Below the pieces are notes generated by a model. The model ran no database searches. It saw only the letters and a list, made by a program, of their open reading frames with translations, and was not told the origin of the DNA. A program made the position numbers and the translations under genes. A stretch of DNA of 63,983 nucleotides, counting the filler, from Choristocarpus tenellus KU-1152 (Eukaryota > Protista > Phaeophyceae), in NCBI GenBank assembly GCA_964200185.2. It is 9 parts of 9 records of this genome, joined end to end, with 100 filler letters (N's around TTAATTAATTAA, not from the genome) between each part and the next. Parts side by side here need not be neighbours in the genome. Positions count along the whole stretch, not along the records: positions 45,583 to 50,895 come from CAXNAD020011186.1; positions 50,996 to 60,940 come from CAXNAD020003258.1; positions 61,041 to 63,983 come from CAXNAD020023475.1; 6 more parts are not named here. One strand, written 5' to 3'. Every line of letters begins with the position of its first letter. Within the stretch, counting starts at the first letter, position 1. Shown piece by piece: positions 47,938 to 61,114 of the stretch.

Positions 47938-50340
47938 GCGTAATAGATGACCTCATTTCGTGCTCTGCCTTGTGGGAACACCATATTGCTTTTACTTGAG
48001 ATGCTTTTATTGACCTCCGAAATACTAGCCTTATTTTGAAACCCTCTGAGTTGAGGTTTAGATCGCCAGATCTTAAATGATTTGGACATATTCAGTGGAG
48101 GGCTACGCCTTAGGAAGACCTGCATTCAAGGTATCGCTGATCTTCCAACGCCCCAAATAATCAAAGATACTAGTTCTATCCTTTGCATGTGCAAGTTCTG
48201 TCGGAACTTCATTTTCACATAATACATATCTGACAGAAACTTTCATAAAATTCCCTTGTAAGGAAGTCATTAAACGATCTTCTGGTGAATTAGGAACAAT
48301 CATGGGCGTTACTAAATGATGCTGCATTTACCAAAGCTAAACCTGAGTTGACCTTGACTCCTCTCTTTCACTTCCCTGAGCCTACCAAACCTTTCGTGGT
48401 GTATGTTGATGCATCAGATCTGGGCAACGACAGTTTTCTTAAAAGAGTATTAGATGATCCGACAGACACCTCCCTGCATATTGTAGTATAGTTCAGAAAA
48501 AAAATCGATGGAACAAAATTTCTTGGCTGTATACAAAAAATGTTTGGCCGTAGTCCGTGCCATTATCCACTGCCGTCTATGTTTGTGTGAAGACAGTTTG
48601 AACTATTTGCTGACCACATGGTACTCCGATATCTCTATTACGTGCAAAATACACAAAACTTGCTGACTCGTTGGACCATTGCTCTCCAATTCTTCGATTT
48701 CAATGTTTATCATAAACCGGGCAGAGAAGATGTCCAATGCCTTCTCTCTCGCCTCTTAGTCAGTGAGATTGACCGAATGCCTGCAGCAGTTGGCACTATT
48801 TCCAGAAACTTCCCGAAAAATACCCAAGTCGCACGTCAAGTGAGTTTTGCCCACATCGCCTTCATGAACTGGGTGTCATACACAGTGTCTGCGTGAGCTT
48901 TTCAGTAGTTCAGTGACTATCTTCCCAACTTTGGACCACACCAAAATCTGTTCTCCACAAATGAATCAATTTCCCTTTATTTTGCGTAATTAGAGGCTCC
49001 CAACTCAATACTTCATCTCTACATAGTAGATCATATTTTAGTGTCAACGTTGAAACATATCTGCTGATCATTTTTCCTAGGCCACATACGCAAATACTGT
49101 TTTCTTAGGCGATTATAAAATAATTTCAAACATGGTTTTACACACTACTTGCCATGATTACCCGCCTTTGGGAGGCTGGACATGGTATGAGACCGATAGA
49201 GGAAACCCCCCATGTTTCAGAAGGATGTCCGAGATCAATGGGTATGAAACATATCGGCTTAATAATGACGAGAACATTTCTCATATAAACATCCTATTTC
49301 GCCCTAATAGAGACAAATTCCACTGAACCATTTGAACATGTTGATGTCGAGCATATTTAGCGAAAAACAGTTCCACGGGGATAAAGATATCCTTTCTACC
49401 ATTTTTCCGGTTTGCACACTTTACCTTCTTTCCCATACCCATTTTAGACAAGCAAGAAGTGACCGTTGACAAAATCTTGTTTGAAAAAACATTTCAATAG
49501 TTGATAAAATTGAAATTCTTCACCCAGACCAACGATCAAGAATTTGAAAATGTTTTTAGAGAATCGTAGCAGATTTAATCAATGTTAGGTTAACTTCGTT
49601 TTATTCGAGTGTCGATTACATTTCGCAAACGGGTTATCCATGTGCAGGAACATAGCAGAGAAAAATGAAGGTATGATGGTGGTTATTTTTTTCAACCTTC
49701 CTACAATACAACACTATACAATACCAAATTGGACGGGGGTTTATTATTGGTCTTTGGAGGTCATCCCGTATTACGTGTAGACATAATTTTTGGACCTTTC
49801 AAAAATAAGTAACCAAATGTACCCAAGAGTTCATTCAATCAACAGGTGAGAATTTACTAAGATCTTTTGAATTAGCCCGTTGCAATCTGGGAGGATGGAA
49901 TGGTAAGAAAACTGCGGCTATCAACGAAACTCTTTATCTTCCCCTTGTTTTTAGCTAGAGGTGAACGTTTGGTATGTAGGCTATACAGTGCCAGTGATGG
50001 ACCTAACCCCAAATTGATTCATCCTTGGCGTGGACCTTTCATTGTGACTGCCAAAATAGTGTCCATTGTCCGAAAACAAGATCTCATCAGGGATCTTTCC
50101 GTCCACTTGACCCACTTGAAACCACAACCACCTAAGTCTGACTTCAATAATGAATATGAAGCTATGGTGGGGCACAAACTTGGCCGATGACCTTGTTCAC
50201 CCATGAACACAGAATATAGATTACACCTTAAGAGATCGGATTGTGCCTCTGATGTGTTCTATCGCCCACAAGAACTGCCCCAATGCGCATAAATTATTTC
50301 TGCTTATCGTCAACAACATTGTGTAGATAAACCTAATTAC
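47938..50340 (+). mobile_element. Decayed Ty3/Gypsy pol (RT end, RNase H, integrase, chromodomain-like)
   Basis: IDDLISCS..WEHH; IADLPTP; FPEPTKPFVVYVDASD; CLAVV.AI; DHMVLRYLY..LTRWTIALQFFDFNVYHKPG; PKLIHPWRGPF; EYRLHLK..ELPQC. Many stops and frameshifts. Confidence 0.85.
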
Positions 50341-50730
50341 AACCTTACACCCCTACTCACTGCCAATTGTGTTCCAGTAGGAGCCAGTCCTTTATCAACT
50401 ACTTGACTGGAAATCATAGTGCGGGTGTTATTTTGATGTTGCAAATTGCTTGCTACGTGTGTATCTGGCAACAATCTGTTTATGAGCACAAAAAAAGTTA
50501 TCAAAATCTATCACAATGTTGACATTGTTTTCTTAATAGCTATTTTTGGTGCTTACGTATGGTCTGAGAAAACTCAACCTCATTTTCCCAATAACTCATT
50601 CACACTTATTTCTTCCTTTTCCTCCCTTGCTTATTATTTTCACTTTTTGCTTTCTTTTCTTATCAACACCCCATTTCTATATTTTTTCTATTATACAGGA
50701 GATCAACTAATGTTGCTACTCAACATTTAA

Positions 50731-50895
50731 GTGATGGCACCTGGCCCCCTCCATGCCCATATTGCCCATGCAGGGGCACTCACAGAAGCCGGATCAGCCC
50801 CCTACCAGGATAAAGGCCTCCTGCTAGATGTTACGTTTGCAGAAGTGCAGGCAATCTCCGACCTTCCCCACTCATCCACCAGCAATGGTGTAGCT
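50731..50895 (+). mobile_element. Second CRE-like LINE fragment
   Basis: GALTEAGSAPYQDKGLLLDVTFAEVQA, similar to the remnant at 40290-41100. Confidence 0.55.
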
Positions 50896-50995
50896 NNNNN
50901 NNNNNNNNNNNNNNNNNNNNNNNNNNNNNNNNNNNNNNNTTAATTAATTAANNNNNNNNNNNNNNNNNNNNNNNNNNNNNNNNNNNNNNNNNNNN

Positions 50996-51710
50996 TGGGT
51001 ATGTATCAGCAATGCACGATGAAACGCCTCCGCCAGTCCCGGTAGTCTGAGAGCGAAATTATCTTAGAGGGTACGAGTTTTGCCCTGTTTGTCCATTTGG
51101 GACTTGGCTTCCCTCGGGGTTCTTACGACATTTTCCCTCTCCAAAATATTCGGAGTAGGTAAAATGTGTACGTTAATAGAAGGTGTGTCAGGAACAAGGA
51201 TATTGACACTTCCTAACAAACACGATAGCCAAAATTATATCGAAATCGCAACAAAGGATTTTGGCTCCCAAATGGACGCAGCTCTACCCTCTAAGATACT
51301 TTGGCTCCTGAGTCGTCCAACAGTTTTGGTGGTTAGGTCCTTGATCTCTTTGTCTTCGGGCGAACAATATGTGTGCCTGACCCCAAGCTTTTCGAAGAAC
51401 CGGACCTCCAGCTCGCCCCACTTCTGACGCTCACAGCACCTGAACTGTTTCCCCTTTCTGGGAAATTTTGTCTCATCATGGGTTCCAAAGGACCCACTTC
51501 GACTGGTACTTGCCCAGCCAGGGGCCGAGTGCCCGGCACAGCGGCCTCGACGACGGGATGATTTCCGTCGCCGACTCTATCAGACTGCAACATGAGACTG
51601 CGAACGTTTCTTGACAAATCTGCTAGCGTCGCCATGAGCTGTCGGAATTCTTGGACAGATGGGCCCTCGTCAGGAATAGGTAGAATCGCGTCTCCTTGTG
51701 TAGACATGTT
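50996..51710 (-). pseudogene. Possible LTR-retrotransposon gag remnant, split by MITE A
   Basis: Removing the MITE and one TSD copy restores PPKLLDDSDYRDWRRRFIVHC, a gag-like 'PKL...Y..W...F' motif. It follows a 135-aa reading frame with an intervening stop. Confidence 0.4.
51051..51307. mobile_element. MITE family A
   Basis: TIRs and a 4-bp TSD (CTGA). Nearly identical to 54246-54501. Confidence 0.92.
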
Positions 51711-51746
51711 GAAATGATGGGTTAGAAACGTAAGGTTCAATATATT

Positions 51747-52748
51747 GTGTTAAAGTATCGCCCAAATCAACCAAGAGGATAAAGGTGATAAACCCAGCGA
51801 GATTGCTCGATGTCTGTAGAGTGGTTGATTAAAGCTAAGTGGGACATGCAGCACCCCATAAAATCAGACTATTTCCTTTTATATGAGACCTTTTCTCATA
51901 CAGCTAATTAGCAGTAAAAGGTTCTGATAACCCAACCACTAATGATTGTTCTCTTACTCCATACACATTTTACTTTCACTGTCGTATAGAGTTGAAAGAG
52001 TCTAATCGAACAGCAGTCGCACTGCTCTCCTCCCCAACCTTCCCTTCGGCCGCCACCTTGGTTCTCCCTTCGCCCGCCATGACCAGGCTTTCCCCACAGA
52101 CTTCGTCCCTGTACCACCTGGTGATGGACTCGCCGTTCTCTTCCCACTTTCCCGAGGCGGCAGAGACTGCAGAGCAGTGCTCCGTATCGGTTGAAGATCC
52201 AACCACGTTTTTGTGGTAATGCTCTCAATGCATCTTCTCTTATCGTCAATGTCACGGCCGCATGGTCCATTGCGTGATTTGATCATGCTGCTGCGCCATG
52301 TTCGATTAGACTACTCTTCCAACTCTATCGGACAGTTACGGTAAAATATGCATGGAGTAAAGGAACAATCAATTAGTGGTTGAGTTATTAGAACCTTTTA
52401 CTACTGATTAGCTGTATGAGAAAAAGGGTCAAAGTATCTGGGGGGGGGTGCCGGCGTCCGTTTTTCACCCTTTTTTCGATTTTCATTTTTTTGGTGCGAT
52501 TTGGTCGCACGTGTCGGATTTGAAATGTGAGCAAAAAAAAAGGTTGTTTGACCGAAACGGATGCCCCCTCACAAACCACCCCTCCCCCCCTGATACTTTG
52601 ACCCAAACTCTCATATCAAAAGGAAACATTTCTGATTTTATGGGGTGTTGCATGCGCCACTTAACTTTAATCACTCTACAGACACCAAGCAATCTCGCTG
52701 GGTTTATCACCTTTATCCTCTTTGTTGATTTAGGAGATACTTTAACAC
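51747..52748. mobile_element. Foldback structure with ~265-bp inverted arms (51747-52011 and 52299-52748, the right arm carrying a nested MITE)
   Basis: The arms align as reverse complements, with termini GTGTTAAAGTATC..GATACTTTAACAC. No TSD is visible. Confidence 0.75.
52426..52604. mobile_element. MITE family B variant nested in the foldback arm
   Basis: GGGTCAAAGTATC..GATACTTTGACCC with a 3-bp TSD (AAA). The other arm provides the empty site. Confidence 0.85.
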
Positions 52749-54245
52749 GCCACAGTGTACACGCACGTTCTCGTCACCTAACATCGTACTGAATGTCGCA
52801 CGGTACTTGTTTTTCTGCCACCTCTCGACAGAGATTGTACCAAGGGTAGATCCATAGGACAGGGTGGCCTCGGCGGCTCTCCTTTTCTCACCGTCGTGGT
52901 CCATGTTGCTGTGTGGGTCACCGTGTGTGTGCTCACAGAAAGTCTGCAAAAGGTGTTAAAAAGATGTCCGCAAATTTTGCTTCTTTTTTTTTCGGTATTG
53001 CCATACACATTTTATGCGGGCAGCAAGCTAATCTGCATCAATTTTTTGCGGGGAATTCAGCCAGCCACTTCATTTTGTCTTTTTGGAGGTTGTGACCATC
53101 AAAATTGCTCTGGAGATGTTCCCCCACGTTTTTGTCATTATTTGGTTGGGGCATAGTTCCCGTTCACCAGAGTTAGTACATTCCTGGATACACATCTTCA
53201 ACACCTCTTGTTATAAGCTTTCATTTGATATATTTACTGTTGTATACTTCTGCCAATACATTGAAAAAATCAAGATTGATCCAGAGGGATAAGGTATTGG
53301 CACCACTTTATATATTTTCTACTGATTTATGAAGGACAAATTACCTTGATTGTCCGACATGTGAAACAATGCGACCATTTCCATTTTCCTCCACATATCC
53401 AATCATCATTAATCGATGCGGCTAATTTCAGCAATGCATTTTACCTTTTCGGTTCGGTTGCATTGTCATGCTACAAGTTCAACCTGATATCACAAACATC
53501 CAACCCTGTAAACCCAATGAGTCAATTTATTGTACTACGTTGCAAATACTACATTCTACTGGAGGCACATTTCTTTATAAAATCTAAATCATTATACCTA
53601 ATTCAAAACCACCACACCGATTCTCCAACTTCCATCTTCCGTCCCTCCACCCTATTTTATTGGTGATTTATGTTAGTGTCTGATTTCGTGAACCCATTAT
53701 AGATTACGTACCCAATTCCATGTGGGATGCGGGTCAATCACCTCTAATTTTACTTTCGTTGTAGGTAGGCAATGTCCCTCTATCCACTCCAATGCAGCCA
53801 ATCCGCGTATCCACTCACAGACCAATCCTCCCAAATTGCTCAATCTTAATCCGAGGGGACTCCGCATTCCTCCAAATCACTCCACTTTCATCCGAAACAC
53901 ACAACATTGTTTGTCTACTTCCATACCATGTCTTTGAACTGTAAGACATTTGCCCCACCCGAGCTTTAACTGCCTCCACCAATGATCAAACTCAATCATG
54001 AGTAATCGAGAGGGTGGTTGTGGATGGGAAAGGTTGCTCAAAAGTGCGTTTAGCTTGTTCCTATAGCCCTTCCTCAAGCTTAACAAATTTCGCAAAAAGT
54101 GCGCCCACTAGAAAGTACACTACGAACTGTGACGATGGGCACACTCAGTCAATTGATATCATCGGGATGAAACAGAGTGGGGGGTGGTCACCATCAGGTT
54201 CCTCGTGAATAGTTTCCCTATTGGACATGTCTATGTCAGCAATTT

Positions 54246-54501
54246 GAGCGAAATTATCTTAGAGGGTACGAGTTTTGCCCTGTTTGTCCATTCGGGACTT
54301 GGCTTCCCTCGGGGTTCTTACGACATTTTCCCTCTCCAAATATTCGGAGTAGGTAAAATGTGTACGTTATTAGAAGGTGTGTCAGGAACAAGGATATTGA
54401 CACTTCCTAACAAACACGATAGCCAAAATTATATCGAAATCGCAACAAAGGATTTTGGCTCCCTAATGGACGCAGCTCTACCCTCTAAGATACTTTGGCT
54501 C
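54246..54501. mobile_element. MITE family A
   Basis: TIRs and a 4-bp TSD (ATTT). Confidence 0.92.
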
Positions 54502-57500
54502 ATTTGTAAAGCACAACCCTAGCGCTAGCCAAAGAGGAGAGGCATTTCACACAGTAGTTGGTACAAATCGGATAGGCGAACACGACAGCACCCACCTATC
54601 ACTATTATTGGTTAGAACACTTCTAAAACCATGCTTTCCAGAATTGTTAGCTAGCATTCCTACCTCTCCGCTGACTAAAGTATGTTCTAGAGTACGTACA
54701 AATTAGCGTCCACGTCTGGTTCTTCCATCTTTCTGATTTCGTGTTCTGAATGGTGTTGAAATTGATCCATTCTTGTCCTATCACACTTCTCTGACACTCA
54801 TTTTCCAGGCTACTTATTTCTTTTCCAAATTCTCACTTCAATTTCCTCTTGCTGACATTTCTCATATCCACTCTTTATACTTTTTTTTACGACCCACTGA
54901 TTCAACAGTAAACCGCAATGAATTTCTCCCCCCACAAAAATCAGATTCCTTTATAATCCCGCACTCTTTGTGAATAGTTACATACTTCACAAAAGCAGTT
55001 GTCGACGCAGGCTCGCAAAAGTGGGAGGACACACATCTACCTTGTAAGGATCTGTTTGCAGAGCAAGGTTTCCAGCCCACAACAACAGACAGTAGTTACC
55101 ATGATAAATAAACATCCAAACTAGAAATGGGTAGTCCACATGGAAGTAGGTTTGTCATCTCCAGTCAAACGACCACAAATGCAGATACCAACACAAGTCA
55201 GAAAATTGATGTGTATATTTACGTAGTTAAGGGAATGTTGGATTTGAAGTATTGGTGTTGAAACGATTTTGAATCAAACGCAATAGGTGTCTTCTCTCTT
55301 TTATTCTTTTGTATTATTTTGATAACATCGAATCACTTAGATAGCTCTAAAGCGTACATTTTGATTAAGACCTCCACGAGAGTATGGGTATCCTTGACAA
55401 TGGCACAACAAGCTATTCACGTAACCAGGTACCTCACTCAACAAATGCACATTAGTCACCAGGTTGGATATGGAGCCACGAAATGATACCATGAGTAAAT
55501 CCATCAAGTATGTTAACAATAAAGACACTTCACTAAACATAATATTCCCTCATCACAATGAGCTCTCCATGGAACAGTCTTTAGTTGGGTTGCTGGGGAG
55601 TTATTCTCCACGGCAGCTTCAGACATAGCATGACATTCTAACTCTCCACATAAGAACTAACATTAGCTTACACACCATCCAAAGATGTGTAGCATTCACA
55701 CAAATTAACGCAGATTTTTTAGGACAAACTCATGCAAGGGACGCGGTTCCAACAGTCACAAATTGAACATTCGCAGAAAAAAAAAATATGTAAGAAGATA
55801 GATATTAGGCTATGAAAAGTATGCGAGATTGAATTGTGGATAGGATTGTGACACTATGTACATAAAAAACACACACACAAACGTGGAAGGAGGGTAACCT
55901 CTTCAGAAGGGGAAAAAAATCTATTGGTAGCTGTACTCGTACGTGAAGACTCCCTTAAGTGTGTGGATAGCAGTGTAAGCACCAGATTCCGCTCATCATC
56001 CTGATGTGGTGCGAATGAGCTTGTTTGGGAAGCAGAGAGGTTGACACATTGAGGGGTTGCATCAGTTTGTCAAACTTCCAGATGCATGAGCAAGGTTGTC
56101 CTGTGCATCCTGAACCCCTTGCATCAACGCATTCAGGACCACTGTCCATTGTGTGTAAAACATTAAGAGATTGATGCACCAAGGTGCATGCTCTATTATT
56201 CACAGTTCATACTCGCTTCAGAACTACACAAAGAAATCACATGCCTTCAATGCCCTTAACAATCGTCCACAGTGATCACACAAAACACCTACAATTGAAC
56301 ACGGAACACCTTTGTCACCATACATTCGAAATATACACTTTGGTTGATACATCAATGCAAGTTAACCAATAATGAGTAAATCCCTGCCTGAGCATGCTAA
56401 GACCCTCTAGTGCTAGTCTTGGACTCAAGCAGTGGTGACACAGTGCCAGTCATCTCACCAATATCATTCCCATTTTCAGGGTAATAACGTTTGTGCGATG
56501 GGTGTGAACTATTGCTATAGCAGACACAGAGGTCTGGGCCGGTATAATCAGGGGACTTGTTGGTGGCTGAGGGAGGAGGTTGAACTAAATTTTGAGCGTG
56601 GTCGTGACTTTGGTTGGGACAGTATCCCCGAGTGATGCGACCATGAGGAAAGGGGTGATGAGGAAGCAGTGGACTGTCGTGGACCTGAACCATTCCTTGA
56701 GTGGCACATGCACTTGCAAGCTGACCAAGCTCAGACTTGAGGATATGAACATCTCTTTGTAAGTCATGGATGATCCGATCCTGCAAGCAGAGAGACAGTA
56801 CAGAGTGAGAAGAACTACCGGGCATTTCATGAGAGATACTTCAGTCCACACATAGGTCTCTTGGTCTTCCATTTTGAATTTACTCACACCTCGAAAAGAG
56901 CACAGGCCGTAGCGTTACCCCCTTTTCACATCACTTGTGGAAACGCTTAATAACTTCCTAGCGTCAGAATTACAGTTGAGGGGTATCTGTTCAACTGAAA
57001 CAAGACAGAAAGCGTTCTAGAGCTCATGAAAAATGGTAACTGGAGAGATGCTCAACAATCAAGATTACTTGCTGCACTCAACAACTTGTGCATTAGAGGA
57101 AACCCAGTTTGATTCAGGTTTGGCGCACCCTCCAGAATAGAAGTCTCAACTTTGTTGCAGAGAACACCAAGCAATGTTTGGGAGGAGTACCATCTATACC
57201 CATGTTATTGTCTGGGACTCATATCCGAGTGCAACGCTACTAAATGCAAGGCAACTACAGCAATATTGGCACCATCCACTGTGCTTAATAAAACTTGACC
57301 TCATCACAAAGGTGTGTGATACACTATGAGTTAAATTCATGAAAAAAAGTCAGCAAAACCTCCAGATCGAAACAATAGTCGTGTATTTTCTACCAAACAA
57401 AACATTCTTTGAATTACTGGTCATGAGGTGAGAGTCAATGCACAGGTGGCCACCCTAAATATTGCTCTAGTGCTATGATCATGGACTAAATGATACCAGC

Positions 57501-59061
57501 AGCTTTCAAATCACATGGTCAATGGTTGGGAAATGGAAAAAGAGAGCTTAGCCCAGGAGGACCGTTGGAACCCTCGAATAATTTATTGCTATCAAACGTA
57601 CAAGCATTACTGTAAAGCAATCCATGAGTTCCTAGCCCACCTTCCACCATTGAGATGGTAAGGGCAATGCCAACAGAAACTGTTTTCAGATTAAGAACTG
57701 TACTTGGTGCATTGGAGCAAACAATCGCCTGTCAGGGATAGCATGAAGTTTTCAAATAAGCAAAAGACTTACATTTCGGGCCTGTTGCTTGAGGTGAAGA
57801 CACTCAGCAAGACGAAGCAGCCAGGGGTCTGGGGCTGTCCCATTGCTAATGTGGGTCGCAATACCTCGGGCAACTACAGTTTGAAGATTGTCATTGTGTC
57901 CAACCTGGGGGGTTGAAACCTTAGCTTCAGTGATAGTGTTCTTGACATCCACGGGTTCATTGGTTTCACCTTCAGCTGAACAGGGGGTTTGGACAATGTC
58001 GCACTCAACATCGCATAGGTTAGCTGCAGGACGTGCTGGGCATTGGAAATCCTGGAGTGGGGCATGGCAACAGCATTCATCACCAGGAAGTGTTTTAGAT
58101 TGACATGACAGGATGAAATGAAAAAGGAATGCCTTGTCCTGAAAAAAAAATATGTCCCAGCATCTTTGACAAGAGAGCAACCAAAATTTTGTAGCTCATG
58201 GAACGTTTTCTGTATTAGGATCCATATATCTCAATATCTCTACACATGCTTCCAAAGTTCAACATTTTGTGTTAGAGCTGATGCTAACTACCCAAGTCAA
58301 TGCTTGACATTGTAATCATTGCAATGGAGTAGCAATGTAGAGAATATCAGCGAGGGATTTTCAATGAATGGAACCACACGGCAAAGTGTGTGCATCGATT
58401 TTGGAGGCAGAAGCCTGGGTGGATATCCTGCAAACCAACTGCATATAACAACCAACGTACTCAACAACAATGTAACTGTTGTTGGGAATTACGATACGTG
58501 GTGGGCAACTTGACTATGTGTATCGCTTACGTCTTTTCAACTACACAAACAGAAAGTGCATATGTTACACCTTAACATATGATAACTGCATACATCTCAT
58601 GCAGGTACCACCCAGAGAACTTGGCATATTCAAGGCAAGTATACTGTGTTGTTTATACACCACAGAACATCTACTGGTACAAGCAGAAAAAAAATTGAAG
58701 CATATCATGGCGCATATGATGCAATGGCAAGAGGTACCTACACTTTACATTTTTCTCACAATTTACTAGATAAATTTTTCTAAAAAATCAACACATTACA
58801 AGAAAATAACCACAGTAGCTTGGCCACTTGTAATCTCCCTTCTTAATACCAAGTATTTGACAGCACAAAATATTTACATCAGACGAAGACCAAACACTCT
58901 CTCCACCACCTGTGCATGTATTCAGCGCAATAGTACATACCATCATAATTACAAAAGAAAACCAAGACTCCGTGAATGATGATCAGATTAAAGCCCTGTT
59001 TCTGCCTCTCTTCCAGTCAAGCTCCCCCTCCCAAACATATGAATGACAGGGCACATCTCAC

Positions 59062-60039
59062 TTGCTGCTGTCGCAACAGTAGCATCGCAGCCTGCCCCTC
59101 CTCATCTCCAGAGCTGGTAGATCCTTCAAACCACGACCCATCACCTTCAGGTCTAATATACCTCCCACCCACTAATAACAACTGGGAGTCACTGAGCTTT
59201 TGTCGCTTCGGCTTGGGTCCTCTAAGTAGCATGGGAAATGGCCAAGGGGAAGGCAGTAATCACAACTCAGAGACGGATGCATATGAAACTTACGGATCCA
59301 CCTAAAGGATGTTGCTAGCCTGTGCACTTTTGTCGAAATGTATGGTAAGCAAGTGTGTGGGACAAAGATTGAAGGTGGGAAGTCACAAGAAAAGAGGGGT
59401 AGTGTCACTGATTGAGCAGAAAATCGTTTCATCGCATCGGACAAGGCATATGCATATCGCCAGAGGTACAACCTCACATGGTGCTTCCACTTTGAAATCC
59501 TACCCCCCGCCTTGCATTCAACTTGTTCACCTTCGTTCCTTCTTGCTGTATAAGCATGGTGTCCCTTTCACTCTACACAGTGAGCAAGGGTTGTTCCCGT
59601 GCCCATCTCCATCGCATCGCCTATCTCAAAATCCCGAACATGATTACAGCGAGAGTGGACGGAGTTGAGTATAGGCCACGTGGGTATAATCACCGGCTTG
59701 GGAATGTTCTGGATTGAAGGGGGCACTTCCACGAAAAGCCACGCGAGGAATGGCAAAAGTCGCGGGGCACGCAAACTACAACCTCCTACGTTATCAAAAG
59801 TCCACATGAAGCTGTCGACATCTTATTCCATCCCGAAAATAACGCAAGAGAGATCGCCATTGCGCGTCCCTTGCCTTGGCCGCCAAAAAAAATGTAAAAT
59901 TTATGGCCCATCATTAAACGTACCTCTTCCTGAAGCAGCAGAGGTCGCAAGACTTGCGAAGCCCACTCTTCAACCTTGAAGAATTGCCCTGATCATCTGA
60001 GACAACTCTAATCACATCCGACTTGAAACGATCCGTCAT
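59062..60039 (-). CDS. Zn(II)2Cys6 (Gal4-type) transcription factor, 5' exons 60039-59924, 59620-59531 and 59221-59062; probably continues toward ~56400
   Basis: In-phase GT-AG splicing gives MTDRF...LRKSCDLCCFRKRRCDGDGHGNNPCSLCRVKGTPCLYSKKERRGPKPKRQK. This is CX2CX6CX9CX2CX6C followed by the typical Y..RGPK basic linker. Confidence 0.85.
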
Positions 60040-61069
60040 GCTGGAAAATGACTTCCCTTTCAACCCCAGTACACCACTTTAGCTCTCACGCGCTTCCCTC
60101 TTTTGGTAACACAGTATGACGATGTAATCAACAGCTGTAGGCCCATCCTACAGATTGGCTAGAAGGGTGGACAATATCTTAGACCAAATTATCCTTACAG
60201 AGTCTGATAGAGAGACTATAGAACGATCACAAACACTATGGAGTGCCCAGTAGCATAAAACAATTTTGCGTTCGTCTGTTACGGTAAATTTATCTCACTG
60301 AATATATCTAGTTTACTCGCTACTTTCCACCACCTCACCACCTTGCTTTACTACCGTTTATTGAATATGGGAAACTTCACTATTACTACTATTCTTCTAA
60401 AAATGGAGTGGTAACTGACACCGAAAATAGAACTATTGGAACAAGATGATATTTAATATACGGTTTTAAGAGTAGGTGGTGATATGTTGTGTTCTACGTT
60501 ATTGTAGAGAGTTCATTTTCTTCCAAGCATAGAGAGTACTATTTATACCATGTATATATTTTTATTATTACGCCCTCTGATGTATATATATATATTATGT
60601 TGATCGAATTATCGATTGATTTCCACATAATTGTTCCATACATTATTCCTATAATAATAAATAATATTAATACTAAACCACTCTCTTTGTGTAACTATAT
60701 GCAGTAGATACCCCGATTTTGTTCACCCATGGCATGCCCGATAAAAGCGGTACAGGATTGATGTGATACAATATTGTTTTTGTAGGTATTAATCGTGGTT
60801 AGTGTGAATCGTGCGATTCTGTGGCGACTTGTTTTCTTGCCTGTGGCAAGGGTTGCGAAGAGAATCACCGGGCAAGACGGACCACATGAACTAGGACGAA
60901 CCGTGACCGAGGGTACGAGGTTAAGGTTGGCCAAGCGTAANNNNNNNNNNNNNNNNNNNNNNNNNNNNNNNNNNNNNNNNNNNNTTAATTAATTAANNNN
61001 NNNNNNNNNNNNNNNNNNNNNNNNNNNNNNNNNNNNNNNNCCCTTTTCCCCCCCCCCCCCTTTTTCCGA

Positions 61070-61114
61070 TCTCCTGGTCTAACCCCCCCCCCCCCCTCCC
61101 AGATACTTTGGGTC
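61070..61114. mobile_element. MITE family B end (contig start)
   Basis: CCCCCAGATACTTTGGGTC-type terminus. Confidence 0.65.

Noticed and set aside
51080-54522. Recurrent short ORFs containing 'YPLRYF', 'ILTLPNK' or 'QSVYLDQ' as a small protein family
   Set aside because: These are translations of non-coding MITE copies, in inconsistent frames.
59568-59807. 79-aa minus-strand ORF as an exon
   Set aside because: A different frame of the overlapping DNA (59620-59531) completes the Zn2Cys6 motif with canonical splice sites.
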